DNA from: Laetmonice hystrix
Lineage: Eukaryota
Direction of reading: 5' to 3'
DNA: 64,000 nt
Assembly: GCA_965235115.1 (NCBI GenBank)
Contig: OZ249436.1
Span: forward strand, 51,772,001 to 51,836,000
The notes under the pieces are model-generated. The model did not search any database, had not been told where the DNA came from, and saw only the letters and a list, made by a program, of their open reading frames with translations. Position numbers and translations under genes: made by a program. Of the stretch, positions 14,801 to 29,800 are shown in pieces (position 1 is the first letter of the stretch; every line of letters starts with the position of its first letter).

Positions 14801-17800
14801 TTAATGTGGGCACAACGTTGACAATGAAGACCCGAAATCAGACAAAGGTCAAGACAGACAAAAACACCATGTCGACAACACTGTACAGCAGGACTGTGGT
14901 CATTATCATTGACCCGGAAGTGAAAGGAACACAAACCAGACGGTCACAAAGTTTAAAAACAGAACCCACGGAGTGGACCTTTCCTACACGCAAACACACA
15001 AAGACGCCCTAGGCCTAGTGAATACACGTAATAAAGTCGACCTGAGTGAAATTCTGCGGATTACATAAGCGAAGTCACAGGACGATACTAAAGGCCTTCA
15101 AATAGGACGATGACTACGGGTACATGTACAGAACTAATTCACTTGCATACAAAATAATTTATACATGATGTACGTTAATGGGGCATACATCGTATAAACC
15201 GACGTGAAACCGCATGCAACAAAGAAGGTGTACCACCGAACGTCCTTCTCCTAGACTATAGATTTTGTCCATGCAACAGTTCAACAGCGAAAGACCCGAG
15301 GATTCAAAACACCATACACCAAAAGAATAATCCAACCAACACAAAGGATGCCTAATCTTACAAGACGTCATGCCTGTAAGATAAAACAGTCCGTAAAAAC
15401 TAGCACGCCGGAAGTGATCGTCAGTTTGACACGGAAGTATTTATGAAGGGAATGCGGTCATGAGAGGGTTAAAGTGTCCAGCAGCGTGCGTTTAGAGAGG
15501 GTTAACGTGTGTCCTGCCTGTATATCCCTGCGGGCAGGGCCCACATCGCGGTCCTGCTGGAGTCTCGTCACACGTCACACCCGGGAAACACGGCTGGTCT
15601 GCGCACGTCACTCTACGGCAACCCTCCCGCGTTCCGTCACCTAGCAACAACACTGACGTCACTCCCCTCGCCACCGACAAATTACACAACAAATCCCTGG
15701 GAATTTTTTGGGGATTAAAGATCTAGTACGTCTGTCTTTCGTATTCTATTTGTTAAATCAGTCTGATAGAAAAGGAATATCTATATCATTCGTATATGTT
15801 TGGTTCTCCATGCGCTACAAGAAAACATGCGTATTTCTGTTTGACTTGTTTCTCTCCCATATTAACGATGTCAAAAGATGCATTCACTTGTTAATCACTA
15901 TTGGAAATAAGCCTATAGAATGTAAATGATTACATTTATTATGGTTTAGGTAGGTTTAGCGGAGAATGTAGTTAATAATACTACTTTTGACTATGTTATA
16001 TCCAAGCCTCTAAAAGAGTCTCGGAAAATATAGGGATAGATATCCAAGGGTATTCTAGAGAAGGATAATCTAAGGGTACAGGCTATATTTGTACATGAAT
16101 GTATATGGAAGCTACTTGATGAAAAATAATTAATGAAACAGAATGAGCAATGTGCATTCTGAAACTTAAATTATAGTACGTTAATGACAATATAACAGGA
16201 AATAAACCATAGGATCCAATTTCCCTAAAAAAGTATGAAATTGGGTCCATGATTGGGGGTGGGGGCGGGATAGGGGTAAGGGTGGTATGGTAAACGAGCG
16301 CAGTGATTGTGAGCTTGTAGAAGGTGCGCCTGCCTGTATATCCTGGAAGGCAGGGTCCACACTTGAAGCCATCTCTGTTGTCCTGACAAGGGACCCCTGG
16401 GAAACAGGGTCCGTCAGCGCACGTCAAACGCCGGCAACCGTCGCGCGTCCCGTCCCCTACAGTGTGGGAGAAGTCATGCAACTTTAGTCATACAGTTTGA
16501 AATGGCGTTCTGCAAAAAAAAACAGAAATCGGTTAGGGGATTACAAAAAACTCTGTTTCAAATTCATGTCTGTAAGAGGGTTAGATTTTGAGGGATTTTT
16601 TTTAGAAACCAGGAGATAACCTGTATAGCCTGGAGGACACGAGCCACATCGAGGGCCCTGTGGTGTCTGGTTACACTGGACCCCTTGGAAACAAGGGGCA
16701 TCCCCGCAGGTCAGACGCCGACAGCCCTCCAGCGTCCCGTCACCTGTGTGGGCGTCATATGACGTTTAGCGTCGACAGGTTTTATTTGAATGGCAATTTG
16801 AATGTGACAAATTCGTTCGCAAAATTCAGGCGGTTATTTATACGGTCGGGGGGGGGGGGCAAAAATATTGTACTTTTTTAAAAACCCATCTTTTTATATT
16901 TTAATTATTTTTTCTGCCAATTACTGCCTTCATTTCAATATGAAGTTCTGCTATGACGCAGTCTTATTTTCGTTCCGTCTTTCAATAGTGAATAATTGTA
17001 AACAGACAGTATATAATGTTTGGGGATAAAAACTGTAACGTTTTTCGTGCCTGTGTATCCGGGTGGACAGGGCCCACAGCGGGGCCCGTCACGGGTTTCG
17101 TCGCACGTCACGCCCGGGAAACACGGCTGGTCGCCGCAAGTCAGTCTCCGACAACCCTCACGGGTCCCATCACCTATTTCATGCATTAAAACTTTAGTAT
17201 GGGGTCTCCCCTATGTGAGCATTTGAAATAGAAAATTTAAATAAATCGCAGAAATGATGAAAAGTTTGTTTTCGACTTGAGCGTGAGAAGTGAGCGGTGC
17301 CTGCCTGTGTATCCGCGCGGGCACGGCCCACAGCGGGGTCCGAGCGGGGTCTCATCACAGGAAACTCCCGGGTAACAAACACCGTCTCCACACGTTAGGC
17401 GGCGACACCCGTCTCTCGACCCGTCCCCTACAGGGGCACAGAGGGCACAATCACTGACGCTGACACCCAGAAAGGGTCGGGCTCAGGAAGGTCTCATCAT
17501 TATTAGTTAGGCCTATAAAGTCTTAGAAGATTTTAGACACTAGCTCCAGAATGGACGAGCATATCTAGTTGTTGAGTTCTGCTGAGAAAAATACACACCT
17601 TAGAATCTGTAAAGGTCAATCATAGGTAAGACGCTACCGCAGTTGTTAATTAATTCAGTTGAAAAAGATCGAAAAAAGGGGTTGGTTGATTGGGCTATAA
17701 ATAACTCATAGGGTCATGCCTGTGTATCCTGGCGGGCATTTGCCACAACGAGGCCCTGACCGAGTGTCGTCACAATCCACACCGGGGAAACAGACCTGGT

Positions 17801-20800
17801 CTGCACAGGACAGACGTCGACACCCGTCTCGGGTGCCATCCCCTGCAGCCACCACAACATAACATAAATCTAAAGGTTACCCGGGCAAACACTCTCTCAA
17901 ATAATTCTACAGTCCACAACCCTGCCGATATGGTGGCATGGTGTATAGGATCCATGTCAAATCAGACGTTTACAGGCGTATCGAGTAAAACTTATTATTT
18001 TTAACTTCTGTTGTAAATGTAAACTGTTCACAAAGAACCAGTTAACATGGGCGTACAGAAACGACAATTATTTACAATAACACCTGTTTTTATGAAAGCG
18101 AAAACATTACGAGTATTGTAAATAGATAAGGAAGTCGTGCCTGTAAAGCCGGGTGGACAGGAACCACAATTGGGTCCTGTCGGTGTGTCGGTACATTTTA
18201 CTCTTCCGTAGCAGGGTTTGTCTGCGCATGTCAACACCTTACACCCGTCACGTGTTCCGTCACCTAGGGCGCCGTTTGTATGTTTCAAAACATTAATTTC
18301 AGACAGCTGATATTCGTTCTAAGCCTTGGTTTAAACTAGACCTATAATTTAATTAGGTTAATAGCAGATGCTTTAAGTCTGCCATATTTTCATTTTTCTA
18401 AACGTTTACGTCGGTCCATAGTACCTGTTGCTGATCTATCTTTTAAACATCAGTTAGGAATTTTGATGATGTCTCATTAAGGGGTTCATGCCTTTATATC
18501 CGGGCGGGCAGGACCCACAACGAGGCCCACGTGGGGTGTCGTCACAGGGAACGCCGGGGAAGCAAGGCTTGTCTGCGCATGACAGTCGCCGACAGCCTTC
18601 GCGAGTTCCGTCACCTACAAGACCATGCCTGATGAATCATACAGTCGGGATCTACAAACAGCACTGACCTCTTCAATCAAAGAAAATATCGGAATTCAAG
18701 GACAAGCAGAAGTTTTCTTGCAAATAGATCGAAAGTGGTAGGTCTAATTTTAGGTCTCATGAGAGAAGGTGGACGCGCATGCCTGTGTATCCATCGGGAC
18801 AGGGTCCACAACGGGGCCCGGATGATGTGTCTTTACAAGAAGCCCCTGGGAAACAAACGTCGTCCCCGCATTTCAGACGCCGACATCCGTCTCGTGTACC
18901 ATCACCTAAATAATGTATTTCTCATGTTACGGTTCCGTCCTTTACAAAAAATATATCATCGAGGTTGCGAACACCTACCTGGCAAAGGTCAATCTGCATT
19001 TGACCATTTAAAAATCAAACCATACGACAATTTAGCTTGAATTTGAAATATACCAGATTATACATGCAAACATCGACTAATAGGACATTACGGCCAACTT
19101 TAAATGGACATGACTGTATGCCTACAGAGAGATGCATATAGATAGGAATACTGAAGATAGTTACCACTTCTTATGCAGCATCAGTGAGAAAAATATTATA
19201 ATGCGGGTCAACATAGCAAGGACAAATACATACAAAGTGGACTTCTCCGCACAACAGCTCACTTTAACCTCGGAGATAGCATACAAATTGAGATCATCTA
19301 AGATTAGATTAACATAAAAGATAAAACCGAATATAACAAAGTAACAAATCGAAGGTTGCTGTTAATGAGTAATGTACAACGAATCTGTACCTGTGTACCC
19401 TGGTGGACATGGCCCGCATCTGTATCCTCCCTCGATGTCCTGGCATGGCACACCAGGGAAACAGGGTTGATCGTGACAAGACGGTATCACCCGACGACAT
19501 CCTTCTCTGGTCCCGTCACCTGTCGTCAGAAACTACTCTTGAAAGTCACAGAGAATCAAGCTCTATGTCTACGAAATCAGCCTGCTGTATACTGAACAGT
19601 GCTAATCAGAATGGTGAAGTTTTGTATTGAACAGTGCTAATCAGAATGGTGAAGTTTTATATGATTATGATGATGATTTTAATAGTATGTTTAATGGTAA
19701 AGTACCAATTATCATAACTATCGTATATGTTTCCTGCAATGATACGAGAATGACAACTAGAGCAATGCAATGTTGAAATGACCGTAATTACAAAATAGTC
19801 TTTATAAAACTTCTTGCAAGAAGTTTACTTTCTTTTCTATGAAGGAGCAGAGAGCAAGAAGGTAGTTTCAGAAAGCTGAAGCCGTACCGACGTATCCAGG
19901 TGGGCACGGTCCGCACCTGAAGCCTCCTCCGATATCCTGGCACCGCACGCCTGGGAAGCAGGGCTGGTCGTGGCACTGGATGGGTCTACACCCCTCACGG
20001 GTGCCGTCACCCGTGTAGCCTGGTGGACAGGGGCCACACCGGAAACCACGTGATGTATCCTGACAGGGCACGCCGGGGAAGCAAGGACCGTCAGCGCACG
20101 TGGGTGTGTAAGGTCGGCAGCCCTCACGCGTCCCGTCACCTACAGAGGGCGACACAGTATGGTCATACGTCAGATTCATTCTTAACCGCTGTTTCCCCCT
20201 TTGTGAAGTCATTGTCAGGAGTTGTCGCAGCGCCATCGGAATGGCATATTTTCTTACATATAATTACAAAGAATAATTCTATAACTGTGACTGACATGTG
20301 ACCAAACATAATACTAATACAGGGTTCGAGTCTGACATTCTAGGTGATAATTATAATTTTGGTAATTGAGAGAATATTGATACAATCCGACGTTTCAGAG
20401 ATTGAGTTGAAAGATTCTCCAGGGAACATTTCAGATCTGACGTTGCCCCTCCCCATTCTATGATCCCACACACTGACAGCATACATGCACACACAACACA
20501 CATGCCAGAGAAAGAAAGGAAACAAAAAGCAACAATGATGACGAATGTGATCCAATATGTAATGGAAAGCGCGAACTGCTTTGATGAAGTATACAAATAT
20601 AAAGTTTTAAATATCATGGGCAGTTTTCCCCCAACTCATCACCAATCATCATGAGGGAGACAGACAATGACAAAGTCAGGGTCGCTCAAAATGATGCACC
20701 AGAGGAATCAACAGAATCACAGTACTGGCCGTCTTTCTCCACATGCTGAAAGAGAGCAGCATTGGCGCGTAACCGGAAAATATAACATGTGATTTGTTTT

Positions 20801-23800
20801 CCATTCAGAACAAGGTTGTATGTCATACGCTTCCATTGGTCAAACATGGAGAGTTTGTGGGGTTTGAGATTAAAGGTTTGCAGGGAGAAGAACACAGACA
20901 AAACAAGAGACAGTAGCCAATCGAAGCCGTGGAGAGAGACACGCGGTCGACAGAAGTGTAAACACCGAGGTCAATGGACGAAGCACAGAGCAACACGGAG
21001 ACAACTGAAAAAAGTGCCTGTAAATCCGGGAGGGCAAGGGCCGCAGCGGATTCCGAGAGGGGTCTCTTCACACTTCACTCCAGGGTAACATGTCGAGTCG
21101 TCACAGGTCAACCGTCGGCACCCTTCTCTAGTGCCGTCACCTAGCGATAAAATACGGAATCGTCTGGAACTGTGCATGCCTCGAGGTAAACAATGATCAA
21201 CTGGTCAACTGTGTATAATGTTTGAGGATTTGATGATAGGCCTCTCTCTTGTAACGACAGGTAGATGTACTAGAATTGAGTAGCATATATTTCCTTTTTG
21301 TCTACTAGATATTATATGCCACCTGTTGTTTGGTGACACAGCGGCAGAAGGCAGTAAACAGGAGAAAAGGAATTATGGCAATTACATTTGTGTTGCTAAA
21401 CGAACAAAAAAACAACTAAAAAAGATTGAAGACGCTTGAAATGTGCATGCCTGTGAATCCTGGGGGGCAGGGGCCACACTTGGGACCGTTGCGGGTGTCC
21501 TTGCACCGGACCCCTGGGAAACAAGCGTTGTCGCTACACTTGAGACGCCGACAGCCGTCCTTGGTACCATCACCTGCACGAAGCGACCAAATGCCACCCT
21601 GTTAACGCCGTAACCATGGTACTAGAACATCAGCGATAGGGGGAACTTTAAGAAGGCAATAACAAGCTCCAGAAAGAATGCTTTAGTTTTTAATAGTGTT
21701 AATGCTTCGAAGATAGCAGTGCGTAAAAGTATTTAAGTTCCGTTGTAACGAACAAGAAATTTGCAACACTACTTCTACAGATCTTTAGTAGATCTTCTAC
21801 AAAAATACTAGTGCAAGAAAACAACGAAAAGGGGGACAATATTGCAAAGTTTTGATGTGATCTTGTGTGCTCCATTCTTAGCCGAACTAGTGTAGGTCTA
21901 TCATGATATGAGGATGGAATCACGCATGCCTGTGAGGCCAGGCGGGCAGGGACCACAGCGAGGTCCGTTCCGGGTCTCTGTACAGTCAACCCCTGGGTAA
22001 CATGGCTGCTCGGCACAGGACGGACGGCGACACCCTTCTACTGTCCCATCACCTAAACGTTACCATAACAAACTAATCACTTCCATTCGTTCGTTTACGC
22101 CTCAGGAATTCAACATCCAGTTTCTACAACATCGACTTAGCCGTGCCTCATTATAATATATATAGGGGTAATCTCACGAAGTGGAATTTGTAGTTGTTGT
22201 ATGGTCTACTTGGATGATTCACTTATGATTGCCGAAGTAGGTCATCACAGAAGACAAGATGTGATAGTAAAGCGATCTAACATCCAACATTGAAAACACT
22301 CCATATGGGTTGAAAGGTTAGAATGATGTGAGGAGAATGACTTATAAAAGGCACCGATGGTATATTACTTCATCTATTTAAAAACAAGATCACTACAACT
22401 TGTGGTATTTCTATAATGGGTGTGTGGATTTCCAATGAAACATAGCCGCTACGTCGTCCAGGGCAGGCTGACGATAGCCAAGTGATCGGTGATTTGACCA
22501 AACAAACACTTAAACGGTAGCATGTGAAAGTAAAGAGGCCATCAAGCGATAGACGGGCCAACCTGAATTCAGATAATGTTCATCTGTCATAAAATAATTA
22601 TGTAATTATGCATGCCTGTGTATCCTGGTGGACAGGGTCCACATCTTGGTCCATTCCGCCGGTCTCGACACTGGACGCCAGGGAAGCAAACTCCGTCAGA
22701 ACACTTCAGTCGACGACATCCTTCTTTTGTACCATCACCTAGTTATGTAGTGACCATATTGGCACCATTTATTCAAACATCTCGAGACCTGCCAAGTGTC
22801 TATGGCCTCATAATCAAACGAAATGGGAATAAGAGATAAATATGCGTAACAAAATAGTTTTTTAAAAGAAACAATTGCACGTTTTCTGTCGCGATCAAAA
22901 AGATCGCGAAAACACGGCAAATATAGAAGGACCGATGTTCACCCAACCGATAACTCCCTTCTCCTTTCCTGGTAACAATATTTCATTATCCTTGGACCTC
23001 TAATAATAAACACAGCACAGTCATAATAAACAACTCCTCTTAGAGTGTAGTAGTGTACATGTACACCTCATTGTGCATGGTGTAGACTGATATTTATGGC
23101 AGATAAGATTAGATATTATAACCATGCCTGTAAATCCTGGAGGACATGGCCCACAGCGGGGTCCATTTCTAGAGTCCTGGCATCCTACACCAGGGTAGCA
23201 AGGTCCGTCATCACAGGTCAAAACTCGACAGCCTTCTTTTGTCCCGTCACCTAAACAGGACCGTGTACACCAAGTAAGCCACCTCTGTCTTTTTGTGAAT
23301 GGAATGCATATACAAACATCAGGGTAAGCATTTGCGACATATTGCACCATAATTGGGAAGCTACTAAGTATCTAATCATGGCTTGCTTTAAATTGCTTCA
23401 TCCTATAGAGTGAAGATGAGCTCACGCCTACTAATTCCCCCCCCCATACGACTGCACCGCTCTCTACTGTCTAGCACATCTCTATACCTTATTAAGCTAC
23501 ACAAAGATGAATCAAGCAAATCATATTGAAGTCCCCATGCCTGTGAATCCTGGGGGACAGGGTCCACACCGGACTCGACCCCGGGTGGTCGTGCACGCGA
23601 CTCCCGGGTAGCAAGGCCTGTCGGAACACGACAGGACCCGACAACCTTCTTTCGTGCCATCGCCTAGATTTCACCGGTAAATAAGGAGTGTAAAAATCTA
23701 TGTGACCATTTAATATTTTATCTGCGTCTGTCTTTTCAGTGGATGTATTTTTAACGATATATTGATATCTATGATTTGCACTTCAACATGATGTTTCTTG

Positions 23801-26800
23801 GCAAGTTAGGGAAAAACGTATTTTTGAAGAGTTTAGACTTGACACATGAAACAGTGAATAGCAAATACGATCAATGTTCTCACTCTTTTTTTGTTTAAGC
23901 ATTTGATTTTTCGTGTTAATAATTTCCAAAACATTTAAATCAAGTAAATTATTGTGTTTCACAGTGCCAAACAAATGACAAAAGACGTTTGCCAGTGCCT
24001 GTAAGGCCCGGGGGACATTGTCCACACTTGGGTCCATCTCTAGTTTCCTGACAAGCTGTCCCTGGGAAACAAGTCTGGTCGATGTCCGCACAGGTTAGTC
24101 GGCGACATCCATCGACAGATCCATCACCTAAACCGGAATACCGGGTCCACACCAAAACGGTTCAATCCTGCTATTACACATGATACATCGTAAGTGCAAG
24201 TTAAGACTCTAATCCACGTTGTCAAATGTCGCAGCTAAACGGCATTACAACCCGTTTCTGCCTGTACTATAGCCAATATAACTTCCAGCTATAGTGTATC
24301 CCCTGTATCTAAGAGGTTCCATTGTGATCTCTGCAATAACTCTCGCCCTTTCTGTCGCCCAAGTTTATCTAAGGCACTAGAAGCATTAGGTGAGCAAAAT
24401 GTCCTGCCTGTGAAACCCCTTGGACAGGACCCACAGCGGGGACCGCTCCTTGTCATCGTACACTCGACGCCCGGATAACAAATTCCATCGGAACACGACA
24501 TAATTCGACATCCTTCCCTAGTGCCATCACCTGAAGGACGCCAGACAACAAATGGTCACATCAAGGTTTGCACCAGAGCTTTTCTTGCCATTTCAAATGA
24601 AAAAGAAACCGCTTTGGGTTTATGTATAAGTCCAATGTTGTTTTCACCTAGCTTGAATTTCTGGCGAGTTCAGAAAGACCACGGACCCATGATTTTACAG
24701 TATAAATCTACTTTTCCTCATCACAAGAATTCCGTGCCTGTAAGTCCAGGAGGGCAGGGCCCACAGCGAAGTCCGTTAAGAGAATCACGGCACGTTGTCC
24801 CAGGGAAGCAAGGATCATCCGAGCAGAGTATTAGGCGACACCCGTCACGTGACCCGTCACCTATACAATGGGACCTGTTGATCTTAACCTAATCTTTCAA
24901 TCAACTTATTTAAATTTGGTCATAAATCTTTCTGGCTTTACTTTGATGATATAAAGGACGTCTTGTTTTATGATTTAGGAATTTTATCACAACGGATAGC
25001 ACTCCTACAGTGTCTCGCGATTACTGATTGTCAATCTAGAAAAGATGCATGACAAAGCCATTATCATCAACAAGCGTGAAAGCTACTCTAAAAATGTCAA
25101 AAATGTCCTGCCTGTAAAACCCCTTGGACAGGACCCACAGCGGGGACCGTTCCTTGTCATCGTACACTCGACACCCGGATAACAAATTCCATCGGAACAC
25201 GACAAGATTTGGCATCCTTCCCTAGTGCCATCACCTAAAGGACGCCACCCAACAAATAGTCACATCAAGGTTTGCAGAGGAGAGCTTTGTCAAAATGGTT
25301 TATAAACTGGTTGAGAGGACGGAAATCTATGTTCCATATAGGAAGTGTTTTATTATTGTGAGTCCGCCTAAGTTTACTCTATAACCGTAAAGGCTTCGGT
25401 ACCCTCTGATTAATAAGTTTACCTGTAATAGGCTTCTGCAAAAACATATAAAACTATATAATAAAGAAAATAGCCTAGAATATAATAACAAAAGTATAAT
25501 CTCCTGCCTGTAAGTCCTTGTGGACATGGCCCACATCGTGGACCACCTCTCGTCGTTTGACACTCAACGCCTGGGAAGCAAACACCATCGGAACATGCCA
25601 GAGGGCGACACCCTGTCCTAGTGCCATTACCTGAACAGGTCAGGGAAGTCATGAGATCATGGTTCTAACTATATTACAGCTTACTACGAGCGTGATCCAT
25701 TGAGATTCGCGCCGGCCGCCGGCTGGTTGATTTGTCTTTACTCGTGAAAACTTCCGTGAATAAAGTTTAACATCAGTAGGTATTCACTCCAGTCAAATCT
25801 CTCTCAAATCAGCCCCTCAAAACACATTGAACAACTAACTGTTCATATGAGTGCCATCTCTGTATTTGAATCTCGGGCCTCTGAAGCCTGAGGGCTCCTG
25901 TTTTGTTGATGGCAAAACTAGTAGGCCTACAACGTTCAGTTGGCCTGCCGGCTGCCCAGTGGACCATACCCTTTCACTATATCTACAACACTATAGGCAT
26001 ATGTTTCAAGAAGTCCAAAGTCTAAAATTGTATACGTCTTTGTTCTTTATAACATCCCTCCTCCCGATCCTTCTTGATTACTCAAGTAAAAGGTGCGGCT
26101 ATCTATAAGCTGACTAACCCATCTAAACGAAGTTGAAGCTCTGAAAGCGTTAAGCCGAGATGTGTAAAAATGATCGTGCCTGTTAAACCTTGTGGGCACG
26201 GTCCACAGCGGGGACCGTTTCTCGTCATTGTACACTCTACGCCCGGATAGCACGGTCCATCCGTGCATGTCATAACTCGACAACCTCCCTTAGTGCCATC
26301 ACCTACAGGGTGGCAAACACAGTTAGGATTCGAATGCTAAGCCTGATGTACGGTTTTATCATTATTATGGGCATGATAAAATTAATGTTGCCACAAGATA
26401 TAATAGTCTAGTTAAATTATCAAGAACCTTGACTCCAGAATGAATAACACGCAAATAGTCCTTTCCCCCTGTTGCAACTCTACTGGGAGTATATCCGTAT
26501 CAAATCTACGAGTTCCTAAAAGGGATATTTCAGTTGAAAATAAGTATTTCTATGTTTTACATCCTCAAAACACAATCAAGAAAAAGGCATAAGCAAAAAT
26601 ACACCCCAAACGGTTAATTATGAAGTGCCCCATTAACTGGAAGTAATGGGGAGTTTTGACCTGTGAAACCTGGAGGACAAGGTCCACACCGGAAACCGGT
26701 CAGTGTCGAAGTACAGGGGACGCCGGGGTGACAGGGCTGATCAGAGCATGAAATCACCCGGCATCCTCCTTTGGTACCGTCACCTAGGTAACGCCAACAA

Positions 26801-29800
26801 AGTCATGAGTTTCTGTCTCTGTGAATTTAGACATCACGACTCACAAAATTATTTCATTTTCTTATCTTTGATATCAATATCAATCAATGCAATGCGGGAA
26901 AGAAAAGTTGTCCCTGATCCGGACGACAGCATTCATTGACAACATATTTGCAACCTACGCCTACTTATAGTAAAGGAGAATTTTCATCCTGCCTGTATAA
27001 CCCGCTGGACACGCTCCACATTGGGGACCATTCCTGGTCATCGTACACTTCACACCCGGATAGCAGAGTCCATCACTGCATGTCATAACCTGACAGCCTT
27101 CCCTAGTGCCATCACCTAGAGGGTGCCACCCAAAATGGAATCGACATTACTTACGTTTGTCCATTTGCTTTTATTAAGAGCTCACCTAGCTTGCAGTGGC
27201 AAAAAAAACCCTGCCCTCTGTTCACAATAGTTTAAGTGATAACTGGATATCTTTTCCTTCCCATCTTTAATGCCCCAAAATAAGACCGCTAACAGTTCAA
27301 TTATAACAGTAAAACAATTTACAGTCTCCTGGCAGTCAGACAGCAGAACATGAGGCCATGCCTGTAAGTCCAGGAGGGCAAGGCCCACACCGAGGTCCCT
27401 GTCTTGTGTTCTGGCAGTCGGTGCCAGGATAACAAATTCTGTCGGCACACGACACACGTCGGCATCCAGCATTGGTCCCATCACCTGGAGGACACTATAC
27501 CAGTCATTATCTTCAAGTCAAATACCCTAAATATTTGTACGGATATTTTGATACAGTCCATGGAGTGTAGGTGTGTAAAATAAAACGGGTATTTTGAAGT
27601 TGTAGCATTTGTAAAGAACTTAGAAACTGAGAACACAAGTAGAATGTTCCTGCCTGTAAATCCCGGGGGACATGGCCCACATCGTGGACCACTGCTTGTC
27701 GTTTTACACTCTACGCCTGGGTAGCAAACTCCATCAGAACATGCCAGAGGGCGACATGCTCCCCGAGTTCCATTTCCTGTACAGTATACAGGATCTCATC
27801 AGATGGTGATACAAGACTGGCCTGTCTGATCTCAACTACTGCATTATTCTTCAATGACACTTCCTCTAAGCCTCTAGTGTTTGCTTTGATCTTCAAATAC
27901 AGCTTATTCATGATCCATGAGAAGCAGACTGAAGCTCTGAAAGCGTAAAGCGGAGATGTGTAAAAGTTATCGTGCCTGTTAAACCTTGTGGGCACGGTCC
28001 ACAGCGGGGACCGTTTCTCGTCATTGTACACTCTACGCCCGGATAGCACGGTCCATCCGAACATTCCATAACCCGACAACCTCCCTTAGTGCCATCACCT
28101 AGACAGGGCAGCGAGAAACAAAATGTTTGCTATCATGTCAGTCAATGTCGTAGCTAGAGTTCAACTGGAAGAAAATAGTGACATACAGATGAGTTATCTA
28201 ATCTCTAAATAAGTTTTGCATTTTTGTGCATTGCTCAAACCAGAGATTCCGAATGAAGCGTAGCTACTTTGTAAACATTTATATCAACTTCTTTCTTCAA
28301 TGCGTTTTCTTTTGTGAAGTCTTTCTTGATACTCTAATTTGTACTCATTAGAAGGACCAGTCATCACTACATACTCTTAAATAATTAATCGTCTGATCTA
28401 ATTGTTTAGAAATGGGAAAGACGGGGTAATTTTGTTCCGACTGTTAGTTTCCCTTTTAGTATATCCTCCATCGCCCCAGGAAAACTGCTCTACAGTAATT
28501 GTGTACACCGGACTACCTAAATCAAACACGTATTGTTGGACTTTTCAGTTGATCTGTTCCTGTCATAAGGTCGGTGGTTTTCCTATAGGTAAAGAGTCTA
28601 CTCCAATTTCTCCAACAATATACCTGACCGCACTGATTATGACAATGGAATGAGTGAGTGAGTAGTGGTGGTTTTGCGCCGTGTCGGCATCCGAGGCCAT
28701 CTTCACGGCGAAAACTGAGTTAAAAGACCATAAAAGGAACCTATTTTATCCCGAGCGCCAATGGGAATATCATTAAAACACACTCCATCCTGTCAGCCCA
28801 ACAGGGCTATCTAGGAGCTTGATTATGACAATGGAACTTGCGGAGTTGTGGAACCCTAATCCAAATGCAACATATCTGAGGTGGATGTGGAATCTCAACT
28901 CTTCAGTATCCAACTTTGAGCCAACGCCTGAGCGCTCTGCCTGGGATTTTTTTTTCGGAATTCTGTTTTCCGGCATTGCCCACTGTCGAAAATTACTCCG
29001 TCTTCCCCTCCATAGTTCTAAAGAGGACAGCAGAATGTCGCTATACTAGAGGTTATTACTAACTACAAGCCTGAAGACTACTCTAAAAATGTCGGAAGTG
29101 TTCCTGCCTGTAAAACCCGCTGGACAAGGTCCACAGCGGGGACCGCTCCTTGTCATCGTACACGTTACTCCAGGGTAACAAATTCCATCGGAACACGACA
29201 AAACCTGACAGCCGTCTCTCGTACCATCACCTAGAGGGCGCCACGGTATAATGAAATCAATTTTATGTTCACACAAAACTTCTTTTTGTTCCCTGACAAT
29301 ACTGATCCATGTTCTCGAATGCCCTGTCTCAATAGGCTAAATTTGGTCTTTTAACAGTGAAAAGTCACTGTACTGGACAAACTGTGTGACTGTGTGTTCT
29401 AGAGGAGAATGCATCCATCCCTTGTTGTACTTCTTCGGACAACTGCGATACGATACGACCCATTTAAATCGTCAGAAACAAAAGCACTGGAATCTCTTTA
29501 GTGAAGCTATAACGTTGTAGACAGCAGAACATTAGGCCGTGCCTGATTATGTTACATGATTGTTTTGAGTGGCCAGAAAAAAACTAAATCTCCTATACGA
29601 CCCCCATTCATGAGACTGTAGCAGAAGGCCGTGCCTGTAAGTCCAGGAGGGCAAGGCCCACACCGAGGTCCTTGTCTTGTGTTCTGGCAGTCGGTGCCAG
29701 GGTAACAAATTCTGTCGGCACACGACAGACGTCTGCATCCAGCATTCGTCCCATCACCTGGAGAACACTATACTACCAGTCACTGTCTCCGAGTCCAGGA

